A stretch of DNA of 64,000 nucleotides from Haplodiscus bocki (GCA_965655095.1 OZ296652.1:106020001-106084000); one strand, 5' to 3'; positions 13,400-27,661 are shown, numbered from the stretch's first letter. Numbers and translations are program-made. The notes: a model not told the origin generated them from the sequence alone.

Positions 13400-14300
13400 A
13401 CAACCCTCAAAGTTCAATGTCGTAATGATGGAGTAAAAACATGTGGAAGCTGAGATTTGGAACTCTACTTTGCGCTTGAAAACCCTGTTGTTTTACCAAC
13501 TGTGCTATAGGAACCATTGGAATTCTGACAATTATCAGCGAAATCATGAAAGATAAAGATACTTTAAAATTAGATACTGCTTCGGAGCACGTGAGTTGGG
13601 ATAAATTTGGTTAGTAACCTCAAAACTAACAGTAAAGATTCAGAACAAGGGGTCCATCTTGCGACTACTCTGCAAATTGGCCTGGACAAACGGACTGGAC
13701 CATCAATCGCACCGTGACTCCACAGAATCCAGTTCAGTTCTTTTCTTTTCTGTTTTCTTATTACTTTGTTTGTTTCTTTCTTTACTACATGATAATAATA
13801 GTTGCTGCAAGTTCCTTTTATCATTCACTGAGAAACTCGGACAAAAGAGACAGGGGTCTGTAGACGAGCTTTTATTTTGTTCGCAAAGCCTGAGTTTCGA
13901 TCCCAACATCTGTAACTGCGTTCTTGACCACCCGTAGTCTCCTTCCTGTGAAAGTTGTCTCATTGTGCTTTGACAAGATTTAAAAAACATTACTAAGAAA
14001 TCGCATCCGAAAATGATGAAACTTCACCAGACAGTTGGACCACTTGTTTCCTATATCTAAACACTCCGAAACATATATTGTGCAAACGTTTTTCAAAAAG
14101 ACGGAGCACCCCCTATCTTCAACACGCTCCACGAATCCCTCAACTGTTACGCCACCGACTTGACAATGCACATAATCAGTGCCTCCGAAAAACTTGAAGA
14201 AGCTACGTTCATCGAATACAAAAAGTTATACCTGTCACCTGAACTTGAACTTCGTTCACTCGAGGTTGTTATACAATACTCCCCCAACACCAATCGGATG
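13400..14300 (+). mobile_element. Probable Penelope-like element remnant (RT C-terminus plus GIY-YIG endonuclease)
   Basis: VTAFLTTRSL (cf. V.FTTRKL), TYIVQT (cf. YIGQT) and KLEEATFIEYKKLYLSPELELRSLE (cf. L.LEA.YI...KP.LN...E.RS.E) occur in the expected order; very decayed. Confidence 0.4.
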
Positions 14301-14479
14301 TTCAAAACAAGAGGAATTAAGAGACAAACAACTGGGGAAAAGGGGGAAGCCAAAAGAAAACGCTAGCAGGAAGAAGTAGTCAATCAAAGCTAGGGTAAGC
14401 GTTGGTTTGCACTGGCCGACCCTTATTATTGAAACAGTGTGCTTATCGAGTCTCTGGCTCTGAGTTCCCTAAAAAAATC

Positions 14480-14790
14480 AAAACATAACAACGGAAATCT
14501 AAGCAAATCAACACCTGACTACTGTAAAGCGTGTTCCAAAACTTTCACAAAAAACGAGAGCTCTTTTGATTGCTTGATATGCGGCTCTCTAATGCATCTT
14601 GCAAAACAGTGAACATGCCTCAGCAAAGACGCAATCAAAGGCCTTATGGCACTTAAGAAGAACGCCTTCCCAGTGTATGACGCAAGCGTGGATTACAAAC
14701 AAGCCGATAAACTCATCAAGGAGCCAGAAACGAAAAGCTAGGAAAACCACCAACTACAAAAGTTTGAAAAAGAAAGGGCTGAAAAGAAAA

Positions 14791-14832
<42 letters not shown>

Positions 14833-17800
14833 ATCGAAACATTCATGAACCAAAACAAACTTGAAGACCCGTAAGACACTAAAAACGTTGATAGTGGAAT
14901 ATGGAACAACCCTGCCAGAGAAAACTTGGACTAAATTCGAATCGGAGGAATCCTCGAGTTCGAAAATATTGATGCTCGCTCCCGGCAAAGGAGCGACTTC
15001 AATGAATTTGAAAAAGTTTTGGAACACAATAATGTTGAGCTGCAAAAAAAGCGATGCCACACGACTCGGCAAAAACGATACAAACAAATCTAAGAAGGTT
15101 CTCCACAAAGGGCCAAACGCATACCAAAGACGCATGATTCCTTTATCAGCTCGCAAACTGTAGTCTTTTCGGAGGCCCGTCTTCCTGAGTAGGCAGTCAT
15201 CCAAATAGGAAGCAAAACGCGAGACCCTGGCTCTCATCAAGAGACGCCAAATGTTACAGCAAGGTGAAAACCCAAGACGCCCAAGAGTACGCGACGGTGT
15301 TCTGTACATACATGACGGTAACAAATGGACACCTAACGTAGAAAACAGTAACAAGTCGGGCACTAATACTACCTGATCCTCTATGGTCTTCAACCAACTT
15401 GTATTTAACACGTAAGGATTATTGACTACCAGAGAAGAACTAACTTCTCAAACGCTTTCCAAACCGAAAACTGCTACCGTAACATCTGCTTCAGTGAGAC
15501 TTGGCTGAAAGAACACATGTCGGACTCTGCATTATTCCTACCAAGATATGAGGAACACATATAAGACAGATCTAGAGACAGCGGCAACACAAAAGATGGA
15601 GGCGTGCTAATTGCTGTTACCAAAAAACATACCTAACATTGAAATCGCATCTGACTTCGAAAAATGCAAAATATTCTTCCATAACGAAAGTAGCCGAATA
15701 GTTATATACTGCCTCCATAATGACCCAAACACCAGTCGCTGCTCATGGACGACTGAATAGCTTCAGGAAGTTATCTAACTCTTCAGACTAACCCAACTCC
15801 GACACAATGCTGCCCGGGCCTGGAGTGTAGGAGACACCAATTTTGACTCTCACTGTCCAACATTCTTATCATCTTTTGCAGAAGATCAACCGATAACCAA
15901 CAGTCTTTGCGAACGACATTTCCAACAACTCATGTTAACCCGACAGGGAAAAATCTAGACGCCTGCTTTTGCAACATACCGCAAAAAAGCATCAGTGTAA
16001 ACATCGATAACCAAAAGGAACACCGGTTCTCATCTGACCACTCCGCCACTCCGCCTTTTTCGCCAAAAGCAGCACGCACAGTCTTCCAACTGAAACAATA
16101 ACTTAAACCACATCGAACCTAAACTACGACTTTGCATCAATTGCGTACAAAAATGCAAACTGGAACAAAGTCAACCAATACATAATTGGTCACCCTCTTG
16201 ACCCCAACTGCAAAAGCAACGTAGATCTAATGGTAGATCTCTGGTACGAACGGTTTTATGAGATCCTGCAAGATTTTTCTCCCGCCAAAACGAAACACTG
16301 CGTTACTTTAGCCTCTTGGGTTGGGAACGAGTGGTTTCAATTTATAGAGAAACTCAACACTTTGCAGAAGATCTGGAGAACGAAAAGCAAACTTACCCTG
16401 AAAACCAAAGTTGAAGAAACTCACACAAATTTGACATTATCACTAAAAAACGACTACTTCAACTATCAGGCAGAACCGTTCCACGAAGGCAAGTCTTCGG
16501 TCCTCCAGAGGTAGCTGAAATCAATTTCAAAGGCAAACGGTCCAACATTTAAATTCTACTTGGAACAAGGCGTCTCGAAAGATGACTATGAAAAAGGTGA
16601 ATTTTTATTAAGTAGTTTCAATTTGTTTTTTGGCGAAATGACAACCAGGCCTAAAACGAGCTCAAAAAGGAGCCAAAGTTGAGATGCCCATACTTCTCCC
16701 CGAGCAAATTTTAAACAGCAATCTTGAAATTAGACGAAAACAATGCGCTCGGCTCGGACAATAACAGCAATGCGCTCCTCAAAAACCTCGCTGAATCGTT
16801 ACCAAAATCCCTGAGCATGAGTTCTAATCGTTTTGCAAGCAAGGATGCTTCTCCGGCGAAAGCGAAAGTGAGTGTCATAGTCACCTTTTTCAAAGAAGTT
16901 GATACACAAGACGCATCAAAATACAGGGTCGCTAACTTTCTTTCTGCAGTCTCCAATTTCCTAGAAAAAATTATTTTTTAAAAAAAATCGCCCCTAATCC
17001 ACTCAAAGCTATCCCTAAATCAGCATAGCTTCAGACCAAAGATATCTACCACCTCAAATGTGAGCGAAGTTTTTCACCATCTTTATAGTCAACTTGACTC
17101 ACAAACTGTTCAAAATTAACTGCCTTCTATTTCGACTTCCAGAAAGCCTTTGATAATGTTTCCCAACAACGACTTCTCGAAAAACTCTCGAAATTTTTAA
17201 ATGGGCACAATAGTTTCAACCTAATAAGCAGCTACCTAGAATAACAGAGACGAACCCTGAAAGTCAATCATCAAAACACAAGCGAACTAGCAGTACCGAG
17301 CAGGGTCCCAGAAAGATCCTTGCTCGGCCTTCTCTTCTTCCATGTCTACATAAACTACTTGCCCGACATCCTAATGTCAACCAACTTCGGCTACGCAGAT
17401 GACTTCCAATTCAGTGGAGATAACCCGGTTACACTGAATATTGACGTCACATGGCTTTATAGATGGTGTTCCGGTAGTTTCATGACAATGTTTTTTGCGA
17501 AAACCAAATACGGCGCTATCAAAAGCTGCGCTTCAGTATCCTTGTCCAATTACACTTCCGAAAAAGCTAAGACAATGAACGAACTTAGACTTCTGTTTCC
17601 TGAAAAACTATCATCGTCACCTCATGCTTCGAAAAGAGCAGAGACAGCTATCAAAGCCCATCACACTCATAAACTAAACATATCAAAAGCTACACCAGTC
17701 AATCGAAAACAATGCATATGTCTCTTAGTTGTTCCAGTCGTCAGCTACGCATCGATCTCGTGGATGTCCAACAAAGGAGACCTGAGGGTGATCGAAAATG

Positions 17801-18332
17801 TGCAGCGGAAAGCCGTAGCCTGGATACTGGGACCAAACGGGCTCACTTACAAGGAGAAATTGGTTACCCTGGATTTTTCACCTCCCTCGTTATACCACGA
17901 ACTCCCTTCAATCCCAATACGTGCCAAAATCATGAACGGTAACGACATAGACTGGACGATTTATATGTCAAAGTTAGACTACGGAGGTACAAGAAATTCA
18001 CGAACTCGCAACTTTGCCGCCAGACCCATGAGATTCAAAAAATGTGAATCCGACTTCTTGTTTCGAGCCTGCCATCTAGGCAACGTCTTCAACGACTATT
18101 CTCTTCAACGCGAACCACAAAAACAAACTTCTCCAAGTCTACAAAGCCTTTTTGCGGCAAATCCGAGAAACCAACCCCTGCACCTGTCGATTTTTATGTG
18201 ACTGCAGCACTTCTCAAGAAACAAAGAAACTGTAAAAACTCGAACTACCACTGAAGCATTAAGAACAAGCATACGAACGGATTCTTACCAAACCCTTGGA
18301 CATTTGTCCTAAATACTTTTATTATTATTATA
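14480..18332 (+). mobile_element. Near full-length degenerate L2/CR1-type LINE (PHD-finger ORF1; APE endonuclease plus RT ORF2)
   Basis: ORF1 PHD-like CKAC...CLICGSLMH (~14520-14610) and RLGK motif; APE motifs SETWL, GGVLIAV, GDTN, SDH; RT motifs QHSFR, DFQKAFD, SRVPERSLLG, YADD (ORF 17320-18201); 3' (ATT)n tail at ~18321-18332. Confidence 0.9.
14794..14829. repeat. (CT)18 microsatellite inside LINE ORF1
   Basis: Direct read. Confidence 0.95.
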
Positions 18333-19228
18333 AGGCCCGGGGGAAATTGGAAACCGGACCAACTGCTCAAGAATTTTTTGTTCTCTTCTGTGACTGCCGA
18401 GAGATTATATTTAAAAGTAGAAATAGTTGGCAAAAATATTGATAAAAAACGAACCAACTGAATGAAATTTTCTCTCACATACTCAAAAATATGTGGCGAA
18501 AAACAATAAGCAGAAAGCAAATCGAAAGCTAATTGAAGGAACTATAACTTACTTTCAATTTTTAGTAGTTCGTTTTCCATCATTCTCTAAGAACTCTTGT
18601 TTAAAACTCCGAAAATTTGTTCTTGAGTGCAAAAGAACGAAGAGCTTGAAAGAGTTTTTTCTGTCGGGTTTGGCTGTAGATGCATGTACAAAGTATAGGA
18701 AAAGAAAGTATAGAAATGGAAATGAAAGAAATCATTTAACTCATGAAATAATAATTTTCTTTCATTTGATTTCTGTACTCAAAATTTTCACCTTACTTGC
18801 CGTAGGATTGATTTTTCGTCAATGTTGAAAGTTCCAGATTGTCATACGGAACGGAAGCCCAAACACACTTTGCTTCCAGAATGCTTCAAAATGTGTCCAA
18901 CCAGCGACATCTTTGAGATCTTACATTTTATCGAAGGTTCAAAGTTTTCGTTTATCTCCTGGGCGGTAAACAGTTCAGCGAACTTCTTTTCAAACATTCA
19001 GATGAAACTTGTGAGCTTCGTAGGCTATTTCCTTGGTCCAATTTGAACTAAACTTTAAAGCGCGGCGCGTCTACAGAAAACTTTACCACCATTCAATCTA
19101 AGGAACGTCTTGTACAATCAGCTACGTTAACTGGAGGACCATTACAATCAAGTGCCGAGCTCATTTGGGTATAGTTGACAATCGAAACGGTATCAGTGCA
19201 TATTGCACCATCTGTTGTACTAGTGGTT

Positions 19229-19240
19229 GCAGCCATTTTG
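19229..19240 (+). promoter_or_regulatory. YY1-like motif upstream of ADK
   Basis: GCAGCCATTTTG about 250 bp upstream of the ADK ATG; a short motif that could be chance. Confidence 0.25.
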
Positions 19241-19487
19241 TTGAACTGATAAATCTGTTGACCTTTCGTAGTTTTCAGATTCGAACTTCCCTTGATTTTC
19301 TGGGCAGTGGCGATCAGTTGACAGTGATGAGATAGATAAGTTCAACGCATCAAAACAGAAAGAACCCAAATTCAGACCCACTCAGCCTGCGATTGGATAG
19401 AAATCAGTCCATCTTTGAAGTCAACCACCGCCTACGCAGAACATAACTTCCAGTTTGTCACAAAAAAGATCACAAACCTCATCAATA

Positions 19488-19719
19488 ATGTCCTTAGTTG
19501 CCGAAGGCTGTATTTTTTCTCTGGGAAATCCTCTGTTGGATATATCTGCTGAGGTGAAGAAGGAATTTTTGGAAAAATATGAGCTGAAAGCGAACAATGC
19601 AATTTTGGCAGGTGATTTGCATCAACCAATGTACCAGGAGATGATTGAGAAGTATGACTGTCAATTCATTCCAGGTGGTGCCACGTTAAATTCAGTTAGA
19701 TACTGCCAGTGGTTGCTTG
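19488..19719 (+). CDS. ADK: Adenosine kinase, exon 1
   Basis: MSLVAEGCIFSLGNPLLDISA...KYELKANNAIL...PGGATLNS...QWLL matches the ADK N-terminus (GNPLLDIS, GG.T.NS); donor G|GTTAGT, phase 1. Confidence 0.95.
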
Positions 19720-20537
19720 GTTAGTTTACTTTCTTTTTTTTCGAATTCCGTTCAACCATCCGAGGGTTTTCTGAAAGATGACGGTGGTATGAAGTAGAAT
19801 TACAGTTATCAAGCAACAATAGAAATATGAGGAGCACTCATTCGGCAATATTTTTGCTGCAATTAACTCAAGCAAAAATAGTTGAAAATTTAATTTTTTT
19901 GTTCAAAACCGGGTCAAAGTATCCTTAGTTGTCGAACTGCTTGATCCCAACAAAAATACCTTAAAACCTTAACTTTGGAATGCCAAAAATTGTTGGGTAC
20001 TTTGAAAAAGATTTTCTCGATACGTTTCCAGTGAAATTGAAATTTGCCGTGGAAAGCGTATATGATCTTAGAAAATGCAGGAAAAGTAATATCGAAAAAA
20101 GTGAAAACTTTTCAGATGAAGTTTTTGGTTTTTTTTGTGAAAATCATAGTAAAAACGAATCGTGTTCAAATGAAGCAGTCCATTTTGAGGAAACAATTGA
20201 AATTTAAGTCTATATCTTTTAAAGAATTTACTTTTTTCTCCGCACTTTGCAAACGTCTTCGTGATTGACCGACTGGGCGAGACTGATCGGTAAAGTAAAG
20301 GGAATGGCACCTGCTTAATATTTACTTTTCTTTTTTATTTACTTTCTTCGATTCCCCTAGCTGGAGCGAGAGTCACTCTTTACTCTTAGATTTCGATTAC
20401 TTGTCGTAGTCTGAGTTTTGATTCAAATATTCAAGTACTGAGATTCAAATAATCTCAAATTTGTCACAATAATTGGCATCTTGTTTTTCGCTTTCGCAGA
20501 ATGCTGACCATTCATCGAGCCAAATTTTGTTGATTCC

Positions 20538-20695
20538 CAAAGCGTCGAAAAATTGCAGTATTCAATACGTCGAAATTGACCAGTAGACCTTTGTATGCTC
20601 CGAAATTTTCGACGCTTTGCTTAGTGTCCAGTTTTTCGACGCTTTGCTTAGTGTCCAGTTTTTCGACGCCATGGGAATTTTTTTGACGCTTTGAG
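20538..20695. repeat. 27 bp tandem repeat with an inverted copy of its core (intron 1)
   Basis: ttttcgacgctttgcttagtgtccagt at 20606 and 20633, partial at 20660; inverted caaagcgtcgaaaa at 20538. Confidence 0.8.
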
Positions 20696-23600
20696 TATTC
20701 TGCAGTTCTTTGATGCGATGAGAATTTTCGCTAAATAAATGTTTATTTAAATTTAGCTTTTTTTGAATATTGTGAATTTCTTAGCGCCTAATGCCTAGCA
20801 CCCTTGATCTCTATTTTTTTGTCCTTGGACAAGACGCAGGTAGTCAAATTTGCTTATATTGTTCGAGTGGATTTTCACCAGCGTGATTTTGTGGCTTTTT
20901 CAAGCAAATGCGGATGAATATGATATGACAAACTAAGATATCAAACCAATGCACTTCTTTAGATTGATATTCCGAATATTACCAAAGTTTTGTGTTCATC
21001 GTCTTCAAAACTCGCTTTGCCGGAGACCATTTGATTGCATTGAATCCAATTGTTTTCCCTAAAAAGTATTAGAAGCATAGGTTCCCTTGAGCGCTATTTG
21101 GACTATTCGTTGCCTGGGGCTTCTCTCTTGGAGCAGGAAGGTCTTGGTTTAGTCGTACTTTTATGGTGAACTTTAATTGGAAAAATGGAAAAGTTTTTGC
21201 TTGCGTCTTGTGTTAAAGGAGTTTTCTTGTCAAGTAGTTATCAAATTGCGTCTCTTCGAGGGTTTTTCGAGTACTCGCTGCCTTGAATTTTCAGTAAGGA
21301 GATTCCTAATTGAAAAATTGGAAGTTTATTACGTCTTTCGTCAGTTGTTTCAAAAAAAGTTTGTCGCATTGCGTCCACTCAGCTCTATGTCTAACGTAAT
21401 TCAAATGCGCTATGTAGAAGCTCCACAGATGGTGTAGCCTATACTTGTTCCTGGGAGAAATTTGGTTGCGATTGGAAAGTCAGTGAATCTTCCTTGCTTC
21501 TCGGATTGAGCCTGTTCAGCAGTGTGTCCATTTTTAGACTTCTTGCTGCCTAAAAAATCGATGGAGTCGTTTAGATGATCTGATTCATCTTTTTTCCACA
21601 GAATTTTCTGGCTCGTATTCGGAAGTCGAAGAAGTTTTCACTTGTGTCCTTTGTCAAAATTGTTTTTCTTGAAAACACTATGGGGCCAGACTTTGTGCAT
21701 ATTTAGTAAATTCGACCACTCACTGCACACGGGCTGTGTAGAATAGCAGGTAGTGCTTTACTATACATCCTCGTGGATCATATGAACTTGGTATTAAAAA
21801 TTACTTTCACTAGCGGGTTTAGAAAGTGTTTTCGAATACTATTGATCCAATCCAAGTTCTTGCGCCCTGCTTCATCACTTAACTTATAGAACTTTAATGA
21901 ATGGCATGGTAATCTTCCATACTGTGTATGTGAACTAATTGGAACGTCGAGAAAATTTGCTGGCATTTGTTAGTTTTGATATAACCTTTAGCTCCCTATG
22001 ATGTTTTCATAAAAGTCAAGCTCTGTTTTATAGTTGCTATAATCTTTTTTCCGCCACGTTTCTTCCGCCTCCCCCTTCCAACCTGTGTGACAACTGTGGA
22101 GGAGATTGTGAGTTCGAATCCTCATTCGGTTGGTTTTGTTATTTTCGATTTTTTTGTGATAATATTTCCCCAGTTGTTTGTGCAGCACAGTTTCGACTGT
22201 GAATGTAAAAACTGTTCAACTGCTTGGGATCGCACCACATGAATTTTGGGACCATTGTTGTAACCTGAACGTCGTTGACTGAATGCAACGTCATTAACCG
22301 CTGCAACCTGTGCTATTTGGTTTTCAGGAAAAGCGATAGTTCACACCGGCGTGAAGCATTGACAAAATCGGGGAAAACAAAAAACTCCCACTGAATTTAA
22401 TGGTATTTCATGCAGTACATTGCAACGAAAATTTGGAAATGTTTGGTTAAAGCTTGCTCATGTGTCGTGCAATTGTTGCAAGAAACTTCAACAAACAAAT
22501 TAATGTGGAAATGTTTTTTTTTCGGCTGAGTTTCATCGAAAAACTGTCTGTTATAGTCAGCCTTTTCTAGAAGAAAAGTGCCTGACTTTAAGTTATTTCC
22601 TTTTAAGGACCTCTGTACTCGGCGGAAATAAAGGACTGAAGAGTCGCGTCCGAACGTATAAAATGTGGACAAGTGTGTATTGGACTGTACTGTAGGTACT
22701 ATGAAGTTTTTCCATTTGCATATAAGTAAATACCTTCTCTAACCTTGCATAAATCCAAATTTTTCGTCACAAAAACCGAAGATTTTCCTCACAAAAACCG
22801 AAGATTTTCCAATAACCTGTATTATAGCTTTTATTCGGGTCCTCTGTGCTCCCTATTTTTCGAAACCTTTCATTTTGTTTTATCTCAATAATGACTCAAA
22901 TCAAGAGTACTTACTTGTTGCGCTTTCTTTGAACTCACGATTGTTCTCTCCATAAAATGCATCTCTTGCTTAATTTGGATTTATCTTGGAATAGTTGTTT
23001 CTCTTACTACCTTTAATGAGTTTTGAATTGATAATTTCGAATGATGTCAGGGTTGCATAATCATAAAATTCATTTGTATCAATCTTGTGATTTTCAATCT
23101 TTCTTGATTAAATTTTGAGTATTATTCGGACTCATGCAGGTGCCTCCTTTCCTGAAATGCTAAAATGGAAATGAGAAATGCTATAAGTTAGCAATAGATC
23201 ATGCCATGCGTAAACCATTTAGATTGTGAAAGGATTAAGAGTAGAGAAAATGCATTTTCTGTTTCAAATGCATTAAATAAACAGAGGTGACTTCGGCACC
23301 ATTAATTGAATCTACCAAGTCAAGGATGTCCGAAAGTTTGGATCGATTAAAGTATCGTTTCTGTCAGACCGTTTGTCAACAAAAAACATTCATCGTAAAA
23401 TTGCACGAAACTTCTTTCACTTCAACATTTTTGGAAATCAAATTTTTACGGCGGAATTAATGAAACTTTCTTGGTTTCTGTTGGGATCTTTTAATCGATC
23501 CAAACTCTCGAATCCACCATACTAATTACTTTTATACTTCGATCACAAATATTGGATTGCGTTGCTCCTTCAAATGAGCTCCAACGGTCCATAGATTGTT

Positions 23601-24066
23601 CACACAAACTCCAATTTTGGGTCCATCAGAGAAGCGAAGTCTCTATGGTCGAAGTGATGTATCAGATGAGACATGACGCGTTTACATTAAATCTGTCACT
23701 AAAGGCTGTCGAAGTTTTCTTCATCATTTTACGTGCGGCTTGAAATTATTGATGCATACACCCTCGACATTATTTTTATGAATGAAGCTGAGCTTCAGAA
23801 CCATTTGTCAATTTTGATGACAGCGTGTAATTCAGGGTTGAAATTTCCAGCTGCTTGTGACTAAAAATCCTTGTTTATGCAGACGACATCTCGTTAGCAT
23901 TTAGTCAGGAGATTTAACATGAAAGCAATTTGAGAGCGCTGCATTGGAAGGTCTTTGAGGAGCTTAAAAGATGGATTTATAATGTTAATTTCTGTGTAAC
24001 GTAGTTTCGGCGGATTCTTTTTTTGTTGTATAAGCCTGTGGTTGAATTATTCGGTGTTAATTTGAG

Positions 24067-24458
24067 GTGACAAGCAGAATAAAGCGTGTACGTATGTGGG
24101 GTGCGTTGGGAAAGACGAGTACGCCCAAAAATTGAAAGGTTTATGCGAGTCTGATGGGGTCAATGTAAATTTCTACTCGACCGAACAACAACCGACTGGC
24201 ACTTGTGCGGTGTGCATTACTGGACATGACAGATCATTAGTTGCAAATTTGGCTGCAGCTAATCTATACAGCAAGGACGAACATCTGAAAACTGCGCCAA
24301 TTTGGGCTCTGGCTGAGAAGGCAAAAATGTACTACAGTGCTGGGTTCCCTTTGACTGTGTGTCCTGAGGGAATGCTGGCATTGGCTGAACATGCAAGTCA
24401 GAACGACAAGATATACTGCCTCAATTTATCAGCAGAGTTCATCTGCCAATTTTTCCAG
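24067..24458 (+). CDS. ADK: Adenosine kinase, exon 2
   Basis: GCVGKDEY...PTGTCAVCITGHDRSLVANLAAAN...YSAGF.LTV.PE...LNLSA.FICQFF; acceptor tttgAG|GT restores phase 1; donor CAG|GTGAGT, phase 0. Confidence 0.93.
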
Positions 24459-24629
24459 GTGAGTTAACCTGGCAGAGCAATGCGTGTGCCAAATTCTCTA
24501 ACTGATTTTGTCCTCACTAGTTTATTGCTCTAGTTAACATTTATATTACTTCAAGGCTGTCTGAGACTTGCAGTTCTCTTCCCGAGAGAGACATGGAGAG
24601 AATGAAATACATTTCCATATAATGTTGAA

Positions 24630-24870
24630 GCAGTTCCCTGGTTAATCTAGCAGACAAAATTTGCAAGATCCTTGGAAGTTTTTTGCAAGAGACTTCTGGT
24701 TTGTTCGTTCTTATTGCAAGAGATGTCTGTCAAGTAGATCAGACGTTTCCTTGCAAGATTTTTCTGTACTTACAAGATGACTCCGTTCTTGTAAAATTCT
24801 TACAAGTCTTCTCTGGTGCTAGCGATTTTTGCATGATTATCCAGGATTTACTAACTGTCATGGCCAATTA
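24630..24870 (+). repeat. Dispersed repeat rich in TTGCAAG motifs (copy 1)
   Basis: gttccctggttaatct...ttgcaaga..cttggaagttt is shared with 60318-60600. Confidence 0.75.
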
Positions 24871-27244
24871 ATACCCATAGCCCACCTGTGATTTATTGTT
24901 GTACATTATAATTATAATAATAGACAGAAATTCACTTCATATAGTGAATCTAAAGTTGTGCGGAGTCGCAACCAAAAATAGCATGACTTATTGACTTTTG
25001 CATGAAAAATAGAGACCAAGTCATATTTGTGTCTCTACTGGTACTATGGCAAAGTAAGGTTAGGCTAAAGAAGTAGGGCATACACAAAGTAGGTATTTTA
25101 TGGACCATGCACTGTGTGGTATCTTGGTACCATTTTTACTGCCTCAAGAGTCATTTGGAACAGAAAAGTAATCCGCGGAAGTAGCTAATGGTTGTAAGTT
25201 CTTGCCTACATTAGAGCTGAGACGTATATTGCAGTATCATTGAAATGAAAAAGCCGGAGAAACCGGTCGCCATGTAGATGGAAAATGATTTATTGGCTCT
25301 TTTTTGCCGTCGAGGTCACATTTTTGAAATCATGCAGTAATGGTCTGTTAAAAGTCGAAAGTATAATTCTTTGTGAGAAATTGTCACCTGTTTTTATTTA
25401 AGTTGCACATTTTGTTGTTCATGAGCAACGAAGTTGAAAGCCTTCTCAGATTATTGTAAAACAAGACGACTCAGGGGTATTTTCTGCGATGCAAAATTAC
25501 TATAAATGTGTTGAAAAAACAAAGGAAAGAACATGCTTGTATGTTTTGAAAAAAATCAATTTGTTGACAAAAGTGCATGTTAACAAAAGCATTTTTTCGA
25601 AAAAGTATAAGTTTCCTCTTTAAAACATGTCTTTGTGAAACAGCTCCTTTTATTATGCATTCTATTTTGGTACCCTTTCCCCCCAAAGAAAAAGTTTCTT
25701 TGAACTTGAAAATTACGATTTCCATTTTCGAAAAATAGGCTAGAAAATGATTGTTTGAGAAAGGCTATTGTATTAAACGCATTCTACGGCAAAACTGGAA
25801 CCATTGGGCCAAAAAATATATGATCTTCCGATTTTTCTTATTGTTCAGTCGGCAGATACCATGTGAAGCGAGGCTGAAACGGCCAAAGTCGGTGCCGCTC
25901 GTAAGGGCAATATACTTGAAAGGGAGAGCCTTGATGTTGTTACACTTGTGCAAGCAATTGTTATATCACAGGCTTTTGACTTGGCCGATCCGTTCACATG
26001 TCGCATTTGCTCCTAGATTCAAATGTTCGTTGATTATGTTTATGCGCTCTCGCTTTCTTGCAAAACCTTGTTCATGCGCTCTCGCGCATTTGCAAAAATT
26101 TGCTCACCTGACCTATTTTCCGGCCTCTGTGCTTATTTTTAATTTATATCCAATTAATTGCTATAGCCGTTCGTACTTGTTCGTTGTATTTAAGTTTATA
26201 AGAAAGTTATTTATTTTCTCTGATTTTTTATTCAGTAGTTACTTCAGAAGTTACTTCACAGTTTTAATCAGAAGTTATTAGTAGTTTTCACTTTCAAAAA
26301 CCGTGTTTCATGACTAGTCGAAAAATTATTTGTCTTGCAATACCGAATAACTCCGTAAGGGACCGATAATTGTCCTCAAAATTTGCACCGTTTTTTTCTG
26401 TACCGGTTGGTACTAAACTGCATGGCCTTTTTCATAGCCACTATTGTTTTTGGTGTAAACAGAGTTGATGTCGATTTTCATCGAATACAGGGGAAAACAA
26501 TGACAAGGCGGGAACGGCCTGAGTCGATGCTACGCGTATGGCTCAAAATGTGTAAGGGGGTATCACTGAAATTTTGGTACTTGGTTTTGGAGAAAATTAT
26601 TGAGATTTTCGGCCTTTTTGTATTCCGTTGAAATTTATTACGTTTCCGGCATTTAAGCTTTTTCCAGGACGAGCAAAACCTGAGACCCCCATGATAGACT
26701 TCAGACTTTTTTTAAAAAATCGTCTATTTCGATGACTTTTTGAAAAACAAAAGCGTGGGTAGTGGTCGGGCACTTTTTCTGAAAAGCGCCGGCTGAAAAA
26801 AACGTGAATGTTGAATGAATGATTTTTTTATCATATATGAAATTTAGCCGGAAAATAGACAGAGGCGCAGTAGCACTTGGATATTTCGCGACCACATTTG
26901 CTCAAAGACTGCAAAAATAAACAACGTTGCCAAAAAGTTGTTACCTGCGATTTTCCTCTTGATCAGAGACAAACTATTGCAATTCCACAGCTATCCCGAA
27001 AAGTGCCAAATCTACTGTAGTTTTCAGACAGCACACTTCGGAAATGTCGATTTCTTTCTAGTTTTCTCCAGGCAAAAAGAATATAGAAACAAGACGGTCG
27101 GCTAGCACCGGCATATTTTCCACCCACCAATATTGATAAAGATGCCTTTTAAAAGAATGCAAGCGTTTCTTTTGAAATACTGTTTCTTGGAAGTGTACTT
27201 TTTGAGGAAAAGTTTTTTCTTTGAAAAGTATTTTTCTATAATTA

Positions 27245-27400
27245 TTTTTGGACCTTGGGCGAAAAATTTTTGGACTTCCGGCGAAGCAGTTTCGGCAGGG
27301 TTGTGAAAACTGCGTTCCGTGTGTCCAGAAGATTTTTTAAAGTTTTCAATTTTTTTGCCAAACGTGAACGAAATTGGCCAACATCGTTTTACGGGAACGC
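27245..27400 (+). repeat. Dispersed satellite-like repeat (related copy ~31050-31200)
   Basis: ttgggcgaaaaattt...tttcggcagg..tg.aaactgc.ttc...gtgtcc occurs at both loci. Confidence 0.65.
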
Positions 27401-27659
27401 AAATGGCAAACATTGGGAAAAAACGCACCCTTTGAGTGGACGATTTACCTTCCATATTTTTAATATTATAGCGACCCTGCTTTGGGTGCAATGATTTTTG
27501 TAAGTTATATTTGCTACGAAAGAAAATTTTGATACTTGCAAGAAAAGAGTTAAATAGTTAAGTTAAATAATCAAAATATTAAAAGTTAGGGTTAAAAAAC
27601 AAAGCATTTACTGGAGTGAATAAATATAAAACACTAACATTATTTCTTTTCTTCGTGAT

Positions 27660-27661
<2 letters not shown>

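Noticed and set aside
14791-15411. 206 aa minus-strand ORF ending in ER repeats
   Set aside because: Antisense to LINE ORF1; the ER run is the CT microsatellite.
19455-19487. Longer ADK N-terminus from the ORF-track TTG start
   Set aside because: Non-ATG start in a eukaryote; ATG 19488 already matches the short ADK isoform, and no NLS-like extension is present.
20606-20670. CRISPR-like short repeats (also 22768-22810 and 30983-31040)
   Set aside because: Direct tandem copies with no unique spacers and no cas genes, in a eukaryotic intron.
22095-22130. tRNA gene (GTTCGAATCC B-box)
   Set aside because: No cloverleaf or acceptor stem could be built; at most a SINE fragment.
25751-26281. 176 aa intronic ORF
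   Set aside because: TTG start, F/L/R-rich composition typical of AT-rich non-coding DNA, no motifs.
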